The position numbers and the translations under genes were made by a program. Source: Verrucomicrobiota bacterium (GTDB lineage Bacteria; Verrucomicrobiota; Verrucomicrobiia; Limisphaerales; UBA9464). From it: a stretch of 32,905 nucleotides of DNA. The stretch spans positions 1 to 32,905 of the forward strand of contig JBDKKE010000335.1 of the NCBI GenBank assembly GCA_039796255.1. The letters run 5' to 3'. Every line of letters starts with the position of its first letter. Positions within the stretch are counted from its first letter, which is position 1. Below are positions 19,096 through 29,667 of the stretch, one piece after another. The notes below the pieces were generated by a model, which worked only from the letters and a program-made list of their open reading frames with translations, did no database searches and was not told the DNA's origin.

Positions 19096-19788
19096 TCAGT
19101 TCAGATCGAACAGCAGCACCTGGGCCGGGGTTCCACCGACGACGGTCAGAGTGTCCTCGCCCGTCAGCGCAACCGCGTCGCCGGCCTCCAGACCTTGACC
19201 GTTGACCGACACGCCTCCCTCCGCCACGTGGAGCCAGGCGTGCCGGCCGGCGGCCACCCGGTGAACGACTTGCTGACCCGGATTGAGCCGGGCCAGCCAG
19301 AGATCGGCGTCCTGGTGAACGGCGATGGAATCGTCGCGTCCGGACTTGCTGGTCACCAGGTGCCACGCGCCGGGAGCGGCAGCCGCCATCGACTTCTCCG
19401 AATAGCGGGGAGTGACACCGGCGGTATCCGGACGGATCCACACCTGCAGGAGATGCACCGCCTCGTCCTTGGCGGGATTGAACTCGCTGTGCAGGACGCC
19501 GCTCCCGGCAGACATGTACTGCACCTCTCCGGTGCGAATCACGCGTCCGTTGCCCATGGAATCCTTGTGCTCCAGGGAGCCTTTGAGGATGTAGGTGATG
19601 ATCTCCATGTCCCGGTGCGGATGGGTCCCAAAGCCCATGCCGGGCATCACCAGATCGTCATTGATCACCCGCAGGCTGCGATAACCCATCCATCGCGGAT
19701 CGTGGTAATCCGCGAAGCTGAAGGTGTGGTAGGTGTCCAGCCACCCGTGTTCGGCGTGGCCCCGTTCATTGGATTTGCGAATCGTCAT
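19096..19788 (-). CDS. Pirin family protein (YhhW-like bicupin)
   Basis: RGHAEHGWLDTYHTFSF, LRVIND, GFGTHPHRDMEI, HKDSMGN, MSAGSGVLHSE, LLFDL; start ATG 19788 or GTG 19791. Confidence 0.93.
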   Translation of the reverse strand: MTIRKSNERGHAEHGWLDTYHTFSFADYHDPRWMGYRSLRVINDDLVMPGMGFGTHPHRDMEIITYILKGSLEHKDSMGNGRVIRTGEVQYMSAGSGVLHSEFNPAKDEAVHLLQVWIRPDTAGVTPRYSEKSMAAAAPGAWHLVTSKSGRDDSIAVHQDADLWLARLNPGQQVVHRVAAGRHAWLHVAEGGVSVNGQGLEAGDAVALTGEDTLTVVGGTPAQVLLFDLN

Positions 19789-19846
19789 CACGTCCTGACT
19801 CTGCACCCGGAACCGTCCCTCCGGGAAAGACCATGTTCCTTGTCTC

Positions 19847-19867
19847 AGCATAGGCAGAAGGCATGCT
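19847..19867. promoter_or_regulatory. Probable LysR recognition site (T-N11-A dyad)
   Basis: AGCAT-aggcagaaggc-ATGCT: perfect 5-bp arms, T-N11-A core, about 60 bp upstream of pirin and 9 bp upstream of the lysR ATG. Confidence 0.65.
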
Positions 19868-19876
19868 CAACGCCGC

Positions 19877-20779
19877 ATGGAACTCCGCCATCTCCGGTAT
19901 TTCGTCGCCGTGGCGGACACCGAGAACGTCTCCCGCGCCGCGCTAACCCTGCATGTGTCACAGCCGGCGCTGAGCCGGCAGATCCGCGATCTGGAAGAAG
20001 AACTGGGGTTCAACCTCCTGGATCGCGGCGCCCGTTCGGTGCGGCTCACGGATGCCGGACGAACCTTTGTCGAGGGGGCGCGGGCCGTGCTTAGGCGGGC
20101 CGACGAGGCGGTGGCCGAGGCGCGGATCATCGCCACCGGGGGGAGCCGAACCCTGGATGTCGGCTATGCCATGTCGCCCACGGTGCGGATCCTTCCCCAG
20201 GCGCTGCGGGCCTTCCAGAGTCTCCAACCCGCGGTGCGGGTCCGTCTGCATGACTTGTCCACGGAGGGAATGCTCACCGGACTGCGCGACGGAACGCTGC
20301 ACATCGCCTTTCTCGTCTGCTCCACCCGCTCCCTTCTGCGGGGACTGCGGTCGGTGGAACTCGCGCGACTGGGCACCTGCCTGGCGGTGCCGCCGGGACA
20401 TCCCCTGGCGCGGCGACGGCGGGTCACCCTGGCCGAGATCGCCCGGCAACCACTGATCGCCTTCACGCGGAAGGACTATCCGGACTACCATGAAACCCTG
20501 ACCGCCCTGTTTGCCAAGACGGGACTGCGTCCGCGCATCACGGAAGAACACGACAGCGTCTCCAGCCTGATCGCCGCGGTGGAGGCGGGCAGCGGGGTGG
20601 CGGTGGTGACCGATTCCCTTGCCTGCGTGGCTGGCCCGCGTCTGAAACTCCTGCCCCTGTCCCCGGCCCCACCCCCCTTCGTGATCGCCGCCGCGTGGCC
20701 ACCGGACGGCCCTGTTCCCGCCGCAGCCGTATTCCTCCAATGCGCCCAGCGGGCGGCCTCCACGGAGGGAGGCAAATAG
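19877..20779 (+). CDS. LysR family transcriptional regulator
   Basis: MELRHLRYFVAVA..SRAA..LHVSQPALSRQIRDLEEELG..LTDAG HTH; substrate-binding domain (VEAGSGVAV); divergent from pirin. Confidence 0.95.
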   Translation: MELRHLRYFVAVADTENVSRAALTLHVSQPALSRQIRDLEEELGFNLLDRGARSVRLTDAGRTFVEGARAVLRRADEAVAEARIIATGGSRTLDVGYAMSPTVRILPQALRAFQSLQPAVRVRLHDLSTEGMLTGLRDGTLHIAFLVCSTRSLLRGLRSVELARLGTCLAVPPGHPLARRRRVTLAEIARQPLIAFTRKDYPDYHETLTALFAKTGLRPRITEEHDSVSSLIAAVEAGSGVAVVTDSLACVAGPRLKLLPLSPAPPPFVIAAAWPPDGPVPAAAVFLQCAQRAASTEGGK

Positions 20780-21388
20780 GGAGTTTTGACCACGGATAGC
20801 ACGGATCTACACGGATGGGATCGGGAGAGAAATCCTCCAAGAAATGCGTTTGCAGAATCTTCTCCATGCCCAGCGAGGCTTTTCCTGCAGCCGCCTTCCT
20901 CCCCATCCGTGTTCATCCGTGCTATCCGTGGTTAAATTCCCCCTCCTTTCCGCCGCCCCGTTTCCGCAGTAGCCGGCCTCCACGGAGAGAGGCAAATAGG
21001 GAGTCTTGACCACGGATAGCACGGATCCACACGGATGGGATCGGGAGAGAAATCCTGCGAGAAAGGCATTCGCAGAATCTTCTCCACGCCCAGCGCGGCC
21101 TTTCCTGCAGCCCCCTTCTTCCCCATCCGTGTTCATCCGTGCTATCCGTGGTTAAACTTCCCCCTCCTGTCCGCGGCGCCGTTTCCGCAGTAGCCGGCCA
21201 CCACGGAGGGAGGCAAATAGGGAGTTTTGACCACGGATAGCACGGATCCACACGGATGGGATCGGGAGAGAAATCCTGCGAGAAAGGCATTCGCAGAATC
21301 TTCTCCACGCCCAGCCAGGCCTTTCCTGCAGCCGCTTTCTTTCCCATCCGTGTTCATCCGTGCTATCCGTGGTTAAAATTCCCCCTCC
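20754..21388. repeat. Tandem array of ~3 palindromic ~220 bp units (REP/MITE-like, CACGGAT-based)
   Basis: Units begin near 20754, 20974 and 21195 (periods 220 and 221). Each has 34-bp inverted arms (unit 1: 20786-20819 vs 20902-20935, 31/34 match) around an ~82 bp core. Confidence 0.92.
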
Positions 21389-21476
21389 CTCATCCGTGGC
21401 AACCTCAACAACTCCGCGAAACCACGGAAGAGGGTTGACCCTCGGTATCCGGAAGGCACCGTTGTCCCGTTCACGA

Positions 21477-23711
21477 ATGTCGTTCGGTCCAATCATTGCC
21501 TCCAGGCCTCCCCTCGGCCTTCGGCCTTGGATACTGGCGGTGCTATTCCTGATGACGGGCTTCCTCCCGTCCCGGGGAGCGCCCTGGCGCTGGTATTGGT
21601 CGAATCCGCTTCCCCATGGGAACAACATTGCGGATTTCGCCTACCACACGAACCACCATTTCGTGCAGGTGACCGATCACGGCCAGGCCTATTTCAGCGA
21701 TACATTGGTCCGGTGGGACAGCCGCGACACCGGAACCCGCCACAGCCTGCGCGGCGCCACCTTCCTGGGCGATCGGTTGATCATTTCCGCCGAACGCGGA
21801 CTGATCCTGTGGTCGGACGATTTCTTCCGATTCCAACAGGTGGACCTTCTCACCGAAAATTGGCTGGAGAGCGTTGCCGCTTCCCCGGTTCGCGCCGTCG
21901 CCGTCGGTGACAACGCCGCGGTCTACCTCAGCGACGACGGCATCCGGTGGCAGCTCCAGCCGGTGCCTTTCACCAATTGGCTTCACGGAGTCGCCTGGGG
22001 AGGCAACGTGTTCGCGGCGGTGGGTGACGATGGCCTGATCGTCACCAGCCCCGATGGAGTGGAGTGGACCTCACGAAGCGTGGCGGACGGCAACAACGCG
22101 GGACTCAATCGGATCGCCTGGACCGGAAACGGATTCGTGGTGGCCGGGGATCAGTTCGCGGGTTCGGCAACGGTGATCTTTGGCAACTCCTCCGGAACTT
22201 CCTGGGTCCGGCAAACCCAGAGCGCGGCTACCGGCAATCTGCTGGCGGCAGCGGCGGAATCCCCAAGCTCGCGGTTGGTGACGGGAGATTTCGAGGTCCG
22301 GCTGGCTTCCGGATCCTCGGTCATTTTCTGGTCGGACCAGACCGCACCTCCGGACGGGGCGCCACCGGCCGAGTACCTCGCGGCAATTTCGGACGGAAGA
22401 CAATACCTGCTCGGTGGCCGCACTGGACTGACGGTCAGCAGCCAGGTCGCTTCCCCCTTCCCGGAGGAAACGCAGTGGAAAGCGTTCCCGAGCCCGCCCC
22501 GGAACTGGCTCTTCGATGTCACCACCGCCCGAGCCGTATCGACCAACGTGACGTTCGTCATCAAGGACGGCGAGGTCCTGTACCGCAGCGCGGTGCTGAC
22601 CAATCAGTTCTATGTGGCCTGCGGGGATCTGGCGACCCTGGTGACCTCCGACACCGGGATCACCTGGGGCACCTCCCTGCCGCCGGCCAGCGCCAGCAAC
22701 CAGGTCTACCTGGCCATCGCCGGAAATGACCGCGGTCTGGTCTCGGTGGGCAGTGCCGGAACGCTCTCCTTCAGCCCGGTGGCGTACGAGACGCTCATTT
22801 CCACCAACCGGATTTCGGACTCCACCGATGATCTTGGACAGGTGGTGACCAACCACGTCACTGTGACCAACGAGGTCAACACCCTGGGCGTCGCCTGGTA
22901 CGAGATGAACTCTACCACGAACCTCGATCTGCTCGCGGCGTGCGCGAACCCGGAACTGTATGTCGTCGCTGGCCAGGGCGGATTCGTGGCCAGCAGTCCG
23001 GACGGTACCAACTGGACGGCCCAGGTGAGCGGATCCACCGCCACCCTCAGCGGGTTGACCCCCTGGGCGGGGGGCTTTGTGGCGGTGGGCGATGAGGGGA
23101 CGATTCTGACCAGTCCCGACGCGGTGACCTGGACCCCGCGTCCCAGTGGCACCACCAATTGGCTGTTCCGAGTCCATGCCGGCCCGCGTCAATTGATTGC
23201 GGTCGGACGCAATGGCACTCTCCTCACCAGCTCCGACTCATTCACCTGGACCCCCCGGAACAGTGGCGTCACCAACGCCCTCAACGACGTGACCCGTGTC
23301 GCCGGCGTCTGGTTTGTGGCCGGCAATCAGGGCACCCTGCTCTCCAGCACCAACACCGTGGACTGGGCTCTGGACGACCAAATCATTACCGGAAAATCCC
23401 TGTTCGGCCTGACCAGTCGCGGCGTTCAACTCCTCACCGTTGGCATTGAGGGGATCATCCTGCGCACCCGGGTAACCCCTTATCCGAATCCGATGACCAT
23501 TCTCGACTACCCGAAGGCACCGGAGGATCGGGTTTTCGTCTTCCGGGGAGAACTCGACCAGCGTTTCCGATTGGACCGTGGCACCGCGGTGAACACCCTG
23601 ATCAAGGGTCCGGTCCTGAATATCACCGACCCCAGCGGCCTGTTGCTGTATTTGGATCCGTCCACCCATGATTTGCCCGCGCAAATTTTTGCGGCACCGA
23701 CGGATCCCTGA
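21477..23711 (+). CDS. Secreted beta-propeller-like (BNR/YCF48-type repeat) protein
   Basis: Signal-like N-terminus, WYWSNPLPHGN, repeated 'AVGxxG.I..SxDGxxW' blades. ATG 21477 chosen because the ORF-track start lies inside the repeat array. Confidence 0.8.
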   Translation: MSFGPIIASRPPLGLRPWILAVLFLMTGFLPSRGAPWRWYWSNPLPHGNNIADFAYHTNHHFVQVTDHGQAYFSDTLVRWDSRDTGTRHSLRGATFLGDRLIISAERGLILWSDDFFRFQQVDLLTENWLESVAASPVRAVAVGDNAAVYLSDDGIRWQLQPVPFTNWLHGVAWGGNVFAAVGDDGLIVTSPDGVEWTSRSVADGNNAGLNRIAWTGNGFVVAGDQFAGSATVIFGNSSGTSWVRQTQSAATGNLLAAAAESPSSRLVTGDFEVRLASGSSVIFWSDQTAPPDGAPPAEYLAAISDGRQYLLGGRTGLTVSSQVASPFPEETQWKAFPSPPRNWLFDVTTARAVSTNVTFVIKDGEVLYRSAVLTNQFYVACGDLATLVTSDTGITWGTSLPPASASNQVYLAIAGNDRGLVSVGSAGTLSFSPVAYETLISTNRISDSTDDLGQVVTNHVTVTNEVNTLGVAWYEMNSTTNLDLLAACANPELYVVAGQGGFVASSPDGTNWTAQVSGSTATLSGLTPWAGGFVAVGDEGTILTSPDAVTWTPRPSGTTNWLFRVHAGPRQLIAVGRNGTLLTSSDSFTWTPRNSGVTNALNDVTRVAGVWFVAGNQGTLLSSTNTVDWALDDQIITGKSLFGLTSRGVQLLTVGIEGIILRTRVTPYPNPMTILDYPKAPEDRVFVFRGELDQRFRLDRGTAVNTLIKGPVLNITDPSGLLLYLDPSTHDLPAQIFAAPTDP

Positions 23712-23832
23712 TCGGGCGACGACCTTCCCTGATCCCCCGTCTCCTGTCCGACAACCAGGGGTGCAAGCGGCCAACAATCTTTAGCAACTGGGCGTCAGCC
23801 GGCGGCCCCAGTTTCCGCGACGGTTGCTCCCG

Positions 23833-24750
<918 letters not shown>

Positions 24751-24910
24751 CTTCCCATCCCGCACCCGCCCGTCCCATCAGCGCGACGGGTTCCCGCCCG
24801 ACGCAAGCCCGCGGATCGGACATCGAGTCAGGGTTTCGTCTGCAGGACCTGTTCTGCGCGAACGATGCGATGTCAGTCCACACAGACTGGCCTGGTAATC
24901 AGCGCGGTAA

Positions 24911-27262
24911 CTACTTGCCGGCGGGCACCGGAGTTACGGCGGCTGTTTCCTTTTCCGGAGAGGCGACGAACAGGCTGATGGGCTGGGTCTTTTGACGCCA
25001 GAGGCGGTCGTTGTGGTTGGCCGAACCGGTCACGGTGAACTTGGTCTCCTTGCCAGTTTCGGCGGCATCGGTGATCAGGAGGCGGATCGTCGCCTCATTC
25101 TTCTCGGCGGGTATCGGAGGCACCGTGGCCACGACGCCGGCCGTCAGATCCTGGAGCGCGAGGACAATCTCCCCGGTCATGCCGCGACGATCCACCTTCA
25201 CCACAAACTCCGTCGCGTTGGCGGCGGAGGTGGAATTGGTCGGCAAGGCCACGGCCGAGAGTCGAAAGGAATCCGTTCGGAAAAAGGGAGAGCCCGGCAG
25301 CATGGCCGTCAGGAACATGGGAATTCCCAGCGTGGACAGGGGAATCACCGAAGGAGCGTGGGAAACGCGGACATGGACGCCCTCCCCCGTCTCGCCACGC
25401 AGCAGGACCGGACGCAGCCCCACCTCGGCATTGTAGGCCGGCCGAACCGCCACCTTCGCGCGGGCCTGTCCAGAAGGGAGGGTGACCCCGGGGATGCTGA
25501 CCCCGGGCAGTTCCTCGGCCGCGATGCGGACTTCACCGTCGAAGCCCGGTTTCCGGATCACGCTGACTTCCAACTCCGTGCCGCCGTTTTGTTCGGCAGA
25601 CGCTGCAAGGGGCGTGACGATCAGGGAGAACGGAACCGGCGGCAGAACGGTCAACCACCCGGCCTCCGCAAGAGACACCGGATGAGCAAGGGCGCGACCT
25701 TCCCGCTCACCGGAGGCCGTCAAGCGCAGGGGAAAGTACCCCAGCGGAGCCTCATCGGAGGCGGTGAGAATAAGCCAACCGAAGTTCAGGCCCCCACCCA
25801 GTACCAGCGGCGAGGCCGTGACCCCGGCGGGAAGACCATCCCCCGCAATCCGAACCGCGCCATCGAATCCGTTTCGGCGATCCACCTCGCAGCGCACGGC
25901 CGTCTGAGCACCCCGGGCGATGCGAATCCGTCCGACAGGAGCCCGGACTGAGAAATCAGGCGAGCGGTCCGGGGATTGAACCGTCATCCGATAGCCAAAG
26001 CGGGATCCGCCGCGATCGGTGAGATCCCGCAGCGAGACGAGATAGACGGCGTCCTTCTTCGCATCGAACTCGATGCGTGCGTCGAGTCCGGCCGCGTCGT
26101 CATTGCGCTGGAGCACCGCTCCCTTGTCGTCCATCAGGGTCAACAGGGCATCTAGGGGGGAGCCGAACCGCCGGGCCTGCACCTCCACCGCCAGTTTCTG
26201 ATCGGCGGTGCTGGTGATGCGAAAAGTATCCACATCACCGGGCTTCCCCACCCGGCCATTGACGACCACCGGAGCGGCAAACGGCCCGGCTTTGTCGGGG
26301 GAATCGTTGGGTTCCGTCTCCCTTCCCTCAGGCAGATCGCCCGCCTCGAACGACTGCGGATTCGAAAGCCCGCGCAGGGTATGGGCCCGGATATCCTGTC
26401 GCCCCACCGGCGCATCCGCGGCGATCTGAACCGTCATGCGCTCCGTCCCCTCCAGATTGCGCCCGTCCAATTCCAGTTCAACGGAGGACCCACGCCGCCC
26501 GCCAAAGGGATACAGGAACTCCAGGTAGGGCAGCGCCCCGGCCACCAGCCGATATCGGTAATTCGCGCCGCCCTGGAAACGAAGGTCGGAGACGCGGAGC
26601 GAGTATTCCCCGTCGGACGGCACGGTGAATTCCAGGAAAGGATCCAGCCCATGGACATCCTCGCTGCGGGCCAGTTCCTGACCCGCGGAATCGAACAGCA
26701 CCAGGGTGGGATCCAGCGGGGAGCCCAGCCGGTTGGCCTGCACGTCAAAGACCAGTTTTTCTCCGGCCTTCGCCGTCACGCGGATGGTGTCCACTTCGGT
26801 GCTGGCGCCGATGATCCCCGAAATCGCTACAGGGAGCGTCAACGGCGAACCAATGGCGGGAGGCTCGCCCACCTCGGGCAGGTCGCTGATGTTGAGGGTC
26901 AGCGGATTGGACACGCCGTCCGGACCGGCCACCCGAATCTCGCGGGAACCGAGCGGCGCGTCCGGGGAAACCACCAACTGAACCGGAAGGGACTTTGCCG
27001 CCTCCGGTCCGGCGGTGAGTCCGCCTGCCGAACCTTCCAGCGTAACCGCCGGGGCCATGCGGATCCCGGGGGATGCCATCACGCCGCCGCCTGAAATTAG
27101 AACCGCGCTGACCGAGGACAGGGCCTCGCCCGAGAGCGTGACTTCATTGGTGGTACCGCGCTGGAACCAGGTGACTGGCGACGAGGTGAGCTGGGGAACA
27201 GGCTGGGCCACGGCGGGCAGAGCCATGCCAAGAAGCAGAAGGATTCGGAAGGCAAACTGCAT
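24911..27262 (-). CDS. Secreted PPC (pre-peptidase C-terminal) domain repeat protein
   Basis: Signal peptide MQFAFRILLLLGMALPAVA from ATG 27262; two PPC-like repeats (EVDTIRV..RLGSPLDP..SED; ETEPND..DVDTFRI..RFGSPLDA..NDD). Confidence 0.82.
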   Translation of the reverse strand: MQFAFRILLLLGMALPAVAQPVPQLTSSPVTWFQRGTTNEVTLSGEALSSVSAVLISGGGVMASPGIRMAPAVTLEGSAGGLTAGPEAAKSLPVQLVVSPDAPLGSREIRVAGPDGVSNPLTLNISDLPEVGEPPAIGSPLTLPVAISGIIGASTEVDTIRVTAKAGEKLVFDVQANRLGSPLDPTLVLFDSAGQELARSEDVHGLDPFLEFTVPSDGEYSLRVSDLRFQGGANYRYRLVAGALPYLEFLYPFGGRRGSSVELELDGRNLEGTERMTVQIAADAPVGRQDIRAHTLRGLSNPQSFEAGDLPEGRETEPNDSPDKAGPFAAPVVVNGRVGKPGDVDTFRITSTADQKLAVEVQARRFGSPLDALLTLMDDKGAVLQRNDDAAGLDARIEFDAKKDAVYLVSLRDLTDRGGSRFGYRMTVQSPDRSPDFSVRAPVGRIRIARGAQTAVRCEVDRRNGFDGAVRIAGDGLPAGVTASPLVLGGGLNFGWLILTASDEAPLGYFPLRLTASGEREGRALAHPVSLAEAGWLTVLPPVPFSLIVTPLAASAEQNGGTELEVSVIRKPGFDGEVRIAAEELPGVSIPGVTLPSGQARAKVAVRPAYNAEVGLRPVLLRGETGEGVHVRVSHAPSVIPLSTLGIPMFLTAMLPGSPFFRTDSFRLSAVALPTNSTSAANATEFVVKVDRRGMTGEIVLALQDLTAGVVATVPPIPAEKNEATIRLLITDAAETGKETKFTVTGSANHNDRLWRQKTQPISLFVASPEKETAAVTPVPAGK

Positions 27263-27461
27263 GTTGGGATTCGGTAAAGTCGGGCTGCCGGCTGATTCCA
27301 GCTTCCGTCCACAACCGCTCGGCTGTGGACCGGGTCTGACCGAGCGTCCGGCCAAAACCTCCGGGTACAACGGCGGCGACATCACGAGCGCTGGTCGTTC
27401 GCACCGCGGGCGCTGACGGTCCGCCAGCAACAGGCGGCAGCCAGTCCCCACCCAGAGGGGA

Positions 27462-28916
27462 TTAGCTGAAGAGACCGAGCACGGGGTCGGCTTGGACCAG
27501 TTCACGCGGTTGATTGAGGTGATTCATCACGAGGGTGTGCGGATCAATTCCCAGTGCGTGGTAGATGGTGGCCACGATCTGGGTGGGGTGTACCGCATTC
27601 TCGGACGGGCTGCTGCCGGTGGCGTCCGACTTGCCGTAGATGGCCCCGCGGCTAATGCCGGCTCCGGCGATGAAGGCAGTGTAGCAATAGGGCCAGTGAT
27701 CGCGCCCGTCGGGGGAGTTGGTGTTGCCGCTGGTGCTGACCCCCAACCGCGGGCTGCGGCCGAACTCACCCAGTGCGACGATCAGCGTCTCCTTGAGCAA
27801 CCCGCGCTGATCCATGTCCTCAATGAGGGCACTGAGGCCGGAGTCGAGTTTTGGGCAATGCAGGTTGCGCAGCGGACCGAAATTCGCGGCGTGCGTATCC
27901 CAGGCGTCCACCGTCGGATCCCCATTGGCCACCGCCGGCCAGTTCATCTGCACCACCCGCGTCCCCGCCTCGATCAGGCGGCGCGCCAGCAGGCAGCCCT
28001 GTCCGAAGGTATGACGTCCGTAGAGATCCCTCAGGGCGTCGGGTTCCCTCGCCAGGTCGAAGGCGTCGCGGGCGCGTCCGCTGCTCACCAGGTCGAAGGC
28101 CTGGTGGTAGTAGCTGTCGAGGGCGTATTTCCCCACCGCCTTCTCCATGTCAGGCATGGCGTCATTGACGGTCTTGAGCAGCGTCTCGCGGCGTCCCAGG
28201 CGTTCCTTGGAAACCTCCTTGCGCAGGGTCAGGTCCGCCAAATTGATCTCCTTCGCGGGGTCCTGATAAAAATAATAGGGATCGTAGGCCGCCCCCAGGA
28301 ATCCGGCGGTGCCTCCTTTCCCGATGACGTTCGACTCCTGCAACGGACGCGGGAGCATCACGAAGGGCAGCATCGGCACCTCCGGCGGCTTGAGTCGCGA
28401 GATCTGGGATCCGAGGTGCGGAAAGTCATTGGGAGCGGGCGGCTCCAACTGTCCGGACGGCGACACGCGGTCCGGAGTATACCCGGTCATGATCTGGTAA
28501 ATGGCCGCCGTGTGGTTGAAGAGCCCCACCGGGGTGTAGCTCATGGAGCGGATGAGTGTGGCCTTGTCCACCTGCTGCGCGAGCTTGGGCATGACCTCAC
28601 TGAGAAAGGTGCCCGGCACCTTGGTCCGGATGGGCTTGAAGTCGCCGCGCACATTGGACGGCGCGTCCGGCTTGGGATCCCAGATGTCGATGTGGCTGGG
28701 CCCGCCCTGGAGGTAGATGATGATGACCGATTTCGCCCGGCCCCATCCATTCTTCGGCGCTCCGGGCGCCGGTCCGACTCCCGGAGCCTGCTGCGCCTGG
28801 ATGCGCAGGATGTCCGAGAGGCTGACGCCCACCAGTCCCGCCCCACCAAGGCGGAGAAATTCGCGGCGGCTGAAGCCGTCACAGGTGGCGCCGTACTGGC
28901 CGGGGATGGAGATCAT
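27462..28916 (-). CDS. DUF1501 domain-containing protein
   Basis: [59 protein letters not shown]. Confidence 0.92.
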   Translation of the reverse strand: MISIPGQYGATCDGFSRREFLRLGGAGLVGVSLSDILRIQAQQAPGVGPAPGAPKNGWGRAKSVIIIYLQGGPSHIDIWDPKPDAPSNVRGDFKPIRTKVPGTFLSEVMPKLAQQVDKATLIRSMSYTPVGLFNHTAAIYQIMTGYTPDRVSPSGQLEPPAPNDFPHLGSQISRLKPPEVPMLPFVMLPRPLQESNVIGKGGTAGFLGAAYDPYYFYQDPAKEINLADLTLRKEVSKERLGRRETLLKTVNDAMPDMEKAVGKYALDSYYHQAFDLVSSGRARDAFDLAREPDALRDLYGRHTFGQGCLLARRLIEAGTRVVQMNWPAVANGDPTVDAWDTHAANFGPLRNLHCPKLDSGLSALIEDMDQRGLLKETLIVALGEFGRSPRLGVSTSGNTNSPDGRDHWPYCYTAFIAGAGISRGAIYGKSDATGSSPSENAVHPTQIVATIYHALGIDPHTLVMNHLNQPRELVQADPVLGLFS

Positions 28917-28939
28917 GGGCGGGGAGGGAGGGTAAGGTT

Positions 28940-29299
28940 TCAGCCGTTCTGACCGCGAGCCTCGATACGGATTCGTTCGAGGATTATTTCCAGATTCAGA
29001 AGTCGTTGAGTCACGGTGCGATAAACCAAAGCCAGGTTGACTCCCGAGTAGTCATGGATGAGTCGATCCCTCATTCCCGACATTTCCCGCCAGGGAACAG
29101 CCGGATAACGCACGCGCAATTCAGCGGGAATCTTCTTGGCCGCCTCGCCAAGGACCTCGAACGCGCGAATCACGGCAAACTGGGTACGATCATCGGCCTC
29201 AAATTGGCCGAGAGTCATTTCTCCAACGAACCCGCGGGCCTTTCGACTCATAGTGATCCTATCGTCAAGGTGATCGGCGAAGTCCCGCCGGCCGTTCAT
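28940..29299 (-). CDS. hepT: HepT-like HEPN ribonuclease toxin (DUF86)
   Basis: [24 protein letters not shown] (RX4HXY); ATGA overlap with the upstream MNT gene. Confidence 0.88.
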   Translation of the reverse strand: MNGRRDFADHLDDRITMSRKARGFVGEMTLGQFEADDRTQFAVIRAFEVLGEAAKKIPAELRVRYPAVPWREMSGMRDRLIHDYSGVNLALVYRTVTQRLLNLEIILERIRIEARGQNG

Positions 29300-29589
29300 A
29301 GGGGAACTGCCTCCCCAAAAATCATCTCGCCCATCTGCGGCTTCAGGGATTCTTTCAACACCAGATCAACCCGGACCCCCAACGAATCGGAGAGGAAATT
29401 CTCCAACTCGAGAAACAGAAAGAGATCGGGCGGCCTCGAAAAGGTCACCAGTACATCCAGGTCACTGGCTTGCGTCGCCTCGCCACGGACAAATGAACCG
29501 AACAACTCGATAGTGGCCACGCCAAAGGCGTTCACCAATTGGGGCCGAAGCTCCACCAATTTCGCTCGTAGTTGCTCCAATGTGTTCAT
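29296..29589 (-). CDS. mntA: Minimal nucleotidyltransferase antitoxin (MntA-like)
   Basis: [15 protein letters not shown] fits GSX10DXD; VDLV; 97 aa from ATG 29589. Confidence 0.88.
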   Translation of the reverse strand: MNTLEQLRAKLVELRPQLVNAFGVATIELFGSFVRGEATQASDLDVLVTFSRPPDLFLFLELENFLSDSLGVRVDLVLKESLKPQMGEMIFGEAVPL

Positions 29590-29667
29590 GCCGTGGGCGA
29601 TTCCAGGGGCTCCCATCCTTCAACATTCAAGAGGGCCACGCGTTCCAAGATCTGCGCTTCGCTGCAT

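Noticed and set aside
20754-21388. CRISPR array
   Set aside because: Intervening segments are near-identical rather than unique spacers, arms alternate in orientation, the period is ~220 bp, and no cas genes are in the window.
20485-21628. Short ORFs across the repeat array (MNTDGEEGG..., TTDSTDEHGW...)
   Set aside because: They are translations of the repeat; periods of 220/221 shift frame between copies.
27263-27505. N-terminal extension of the PPC protein ORF
   Set aside because: Overlaps the DUF1501 stop; a clear signal peptide starts at ATG 27262.
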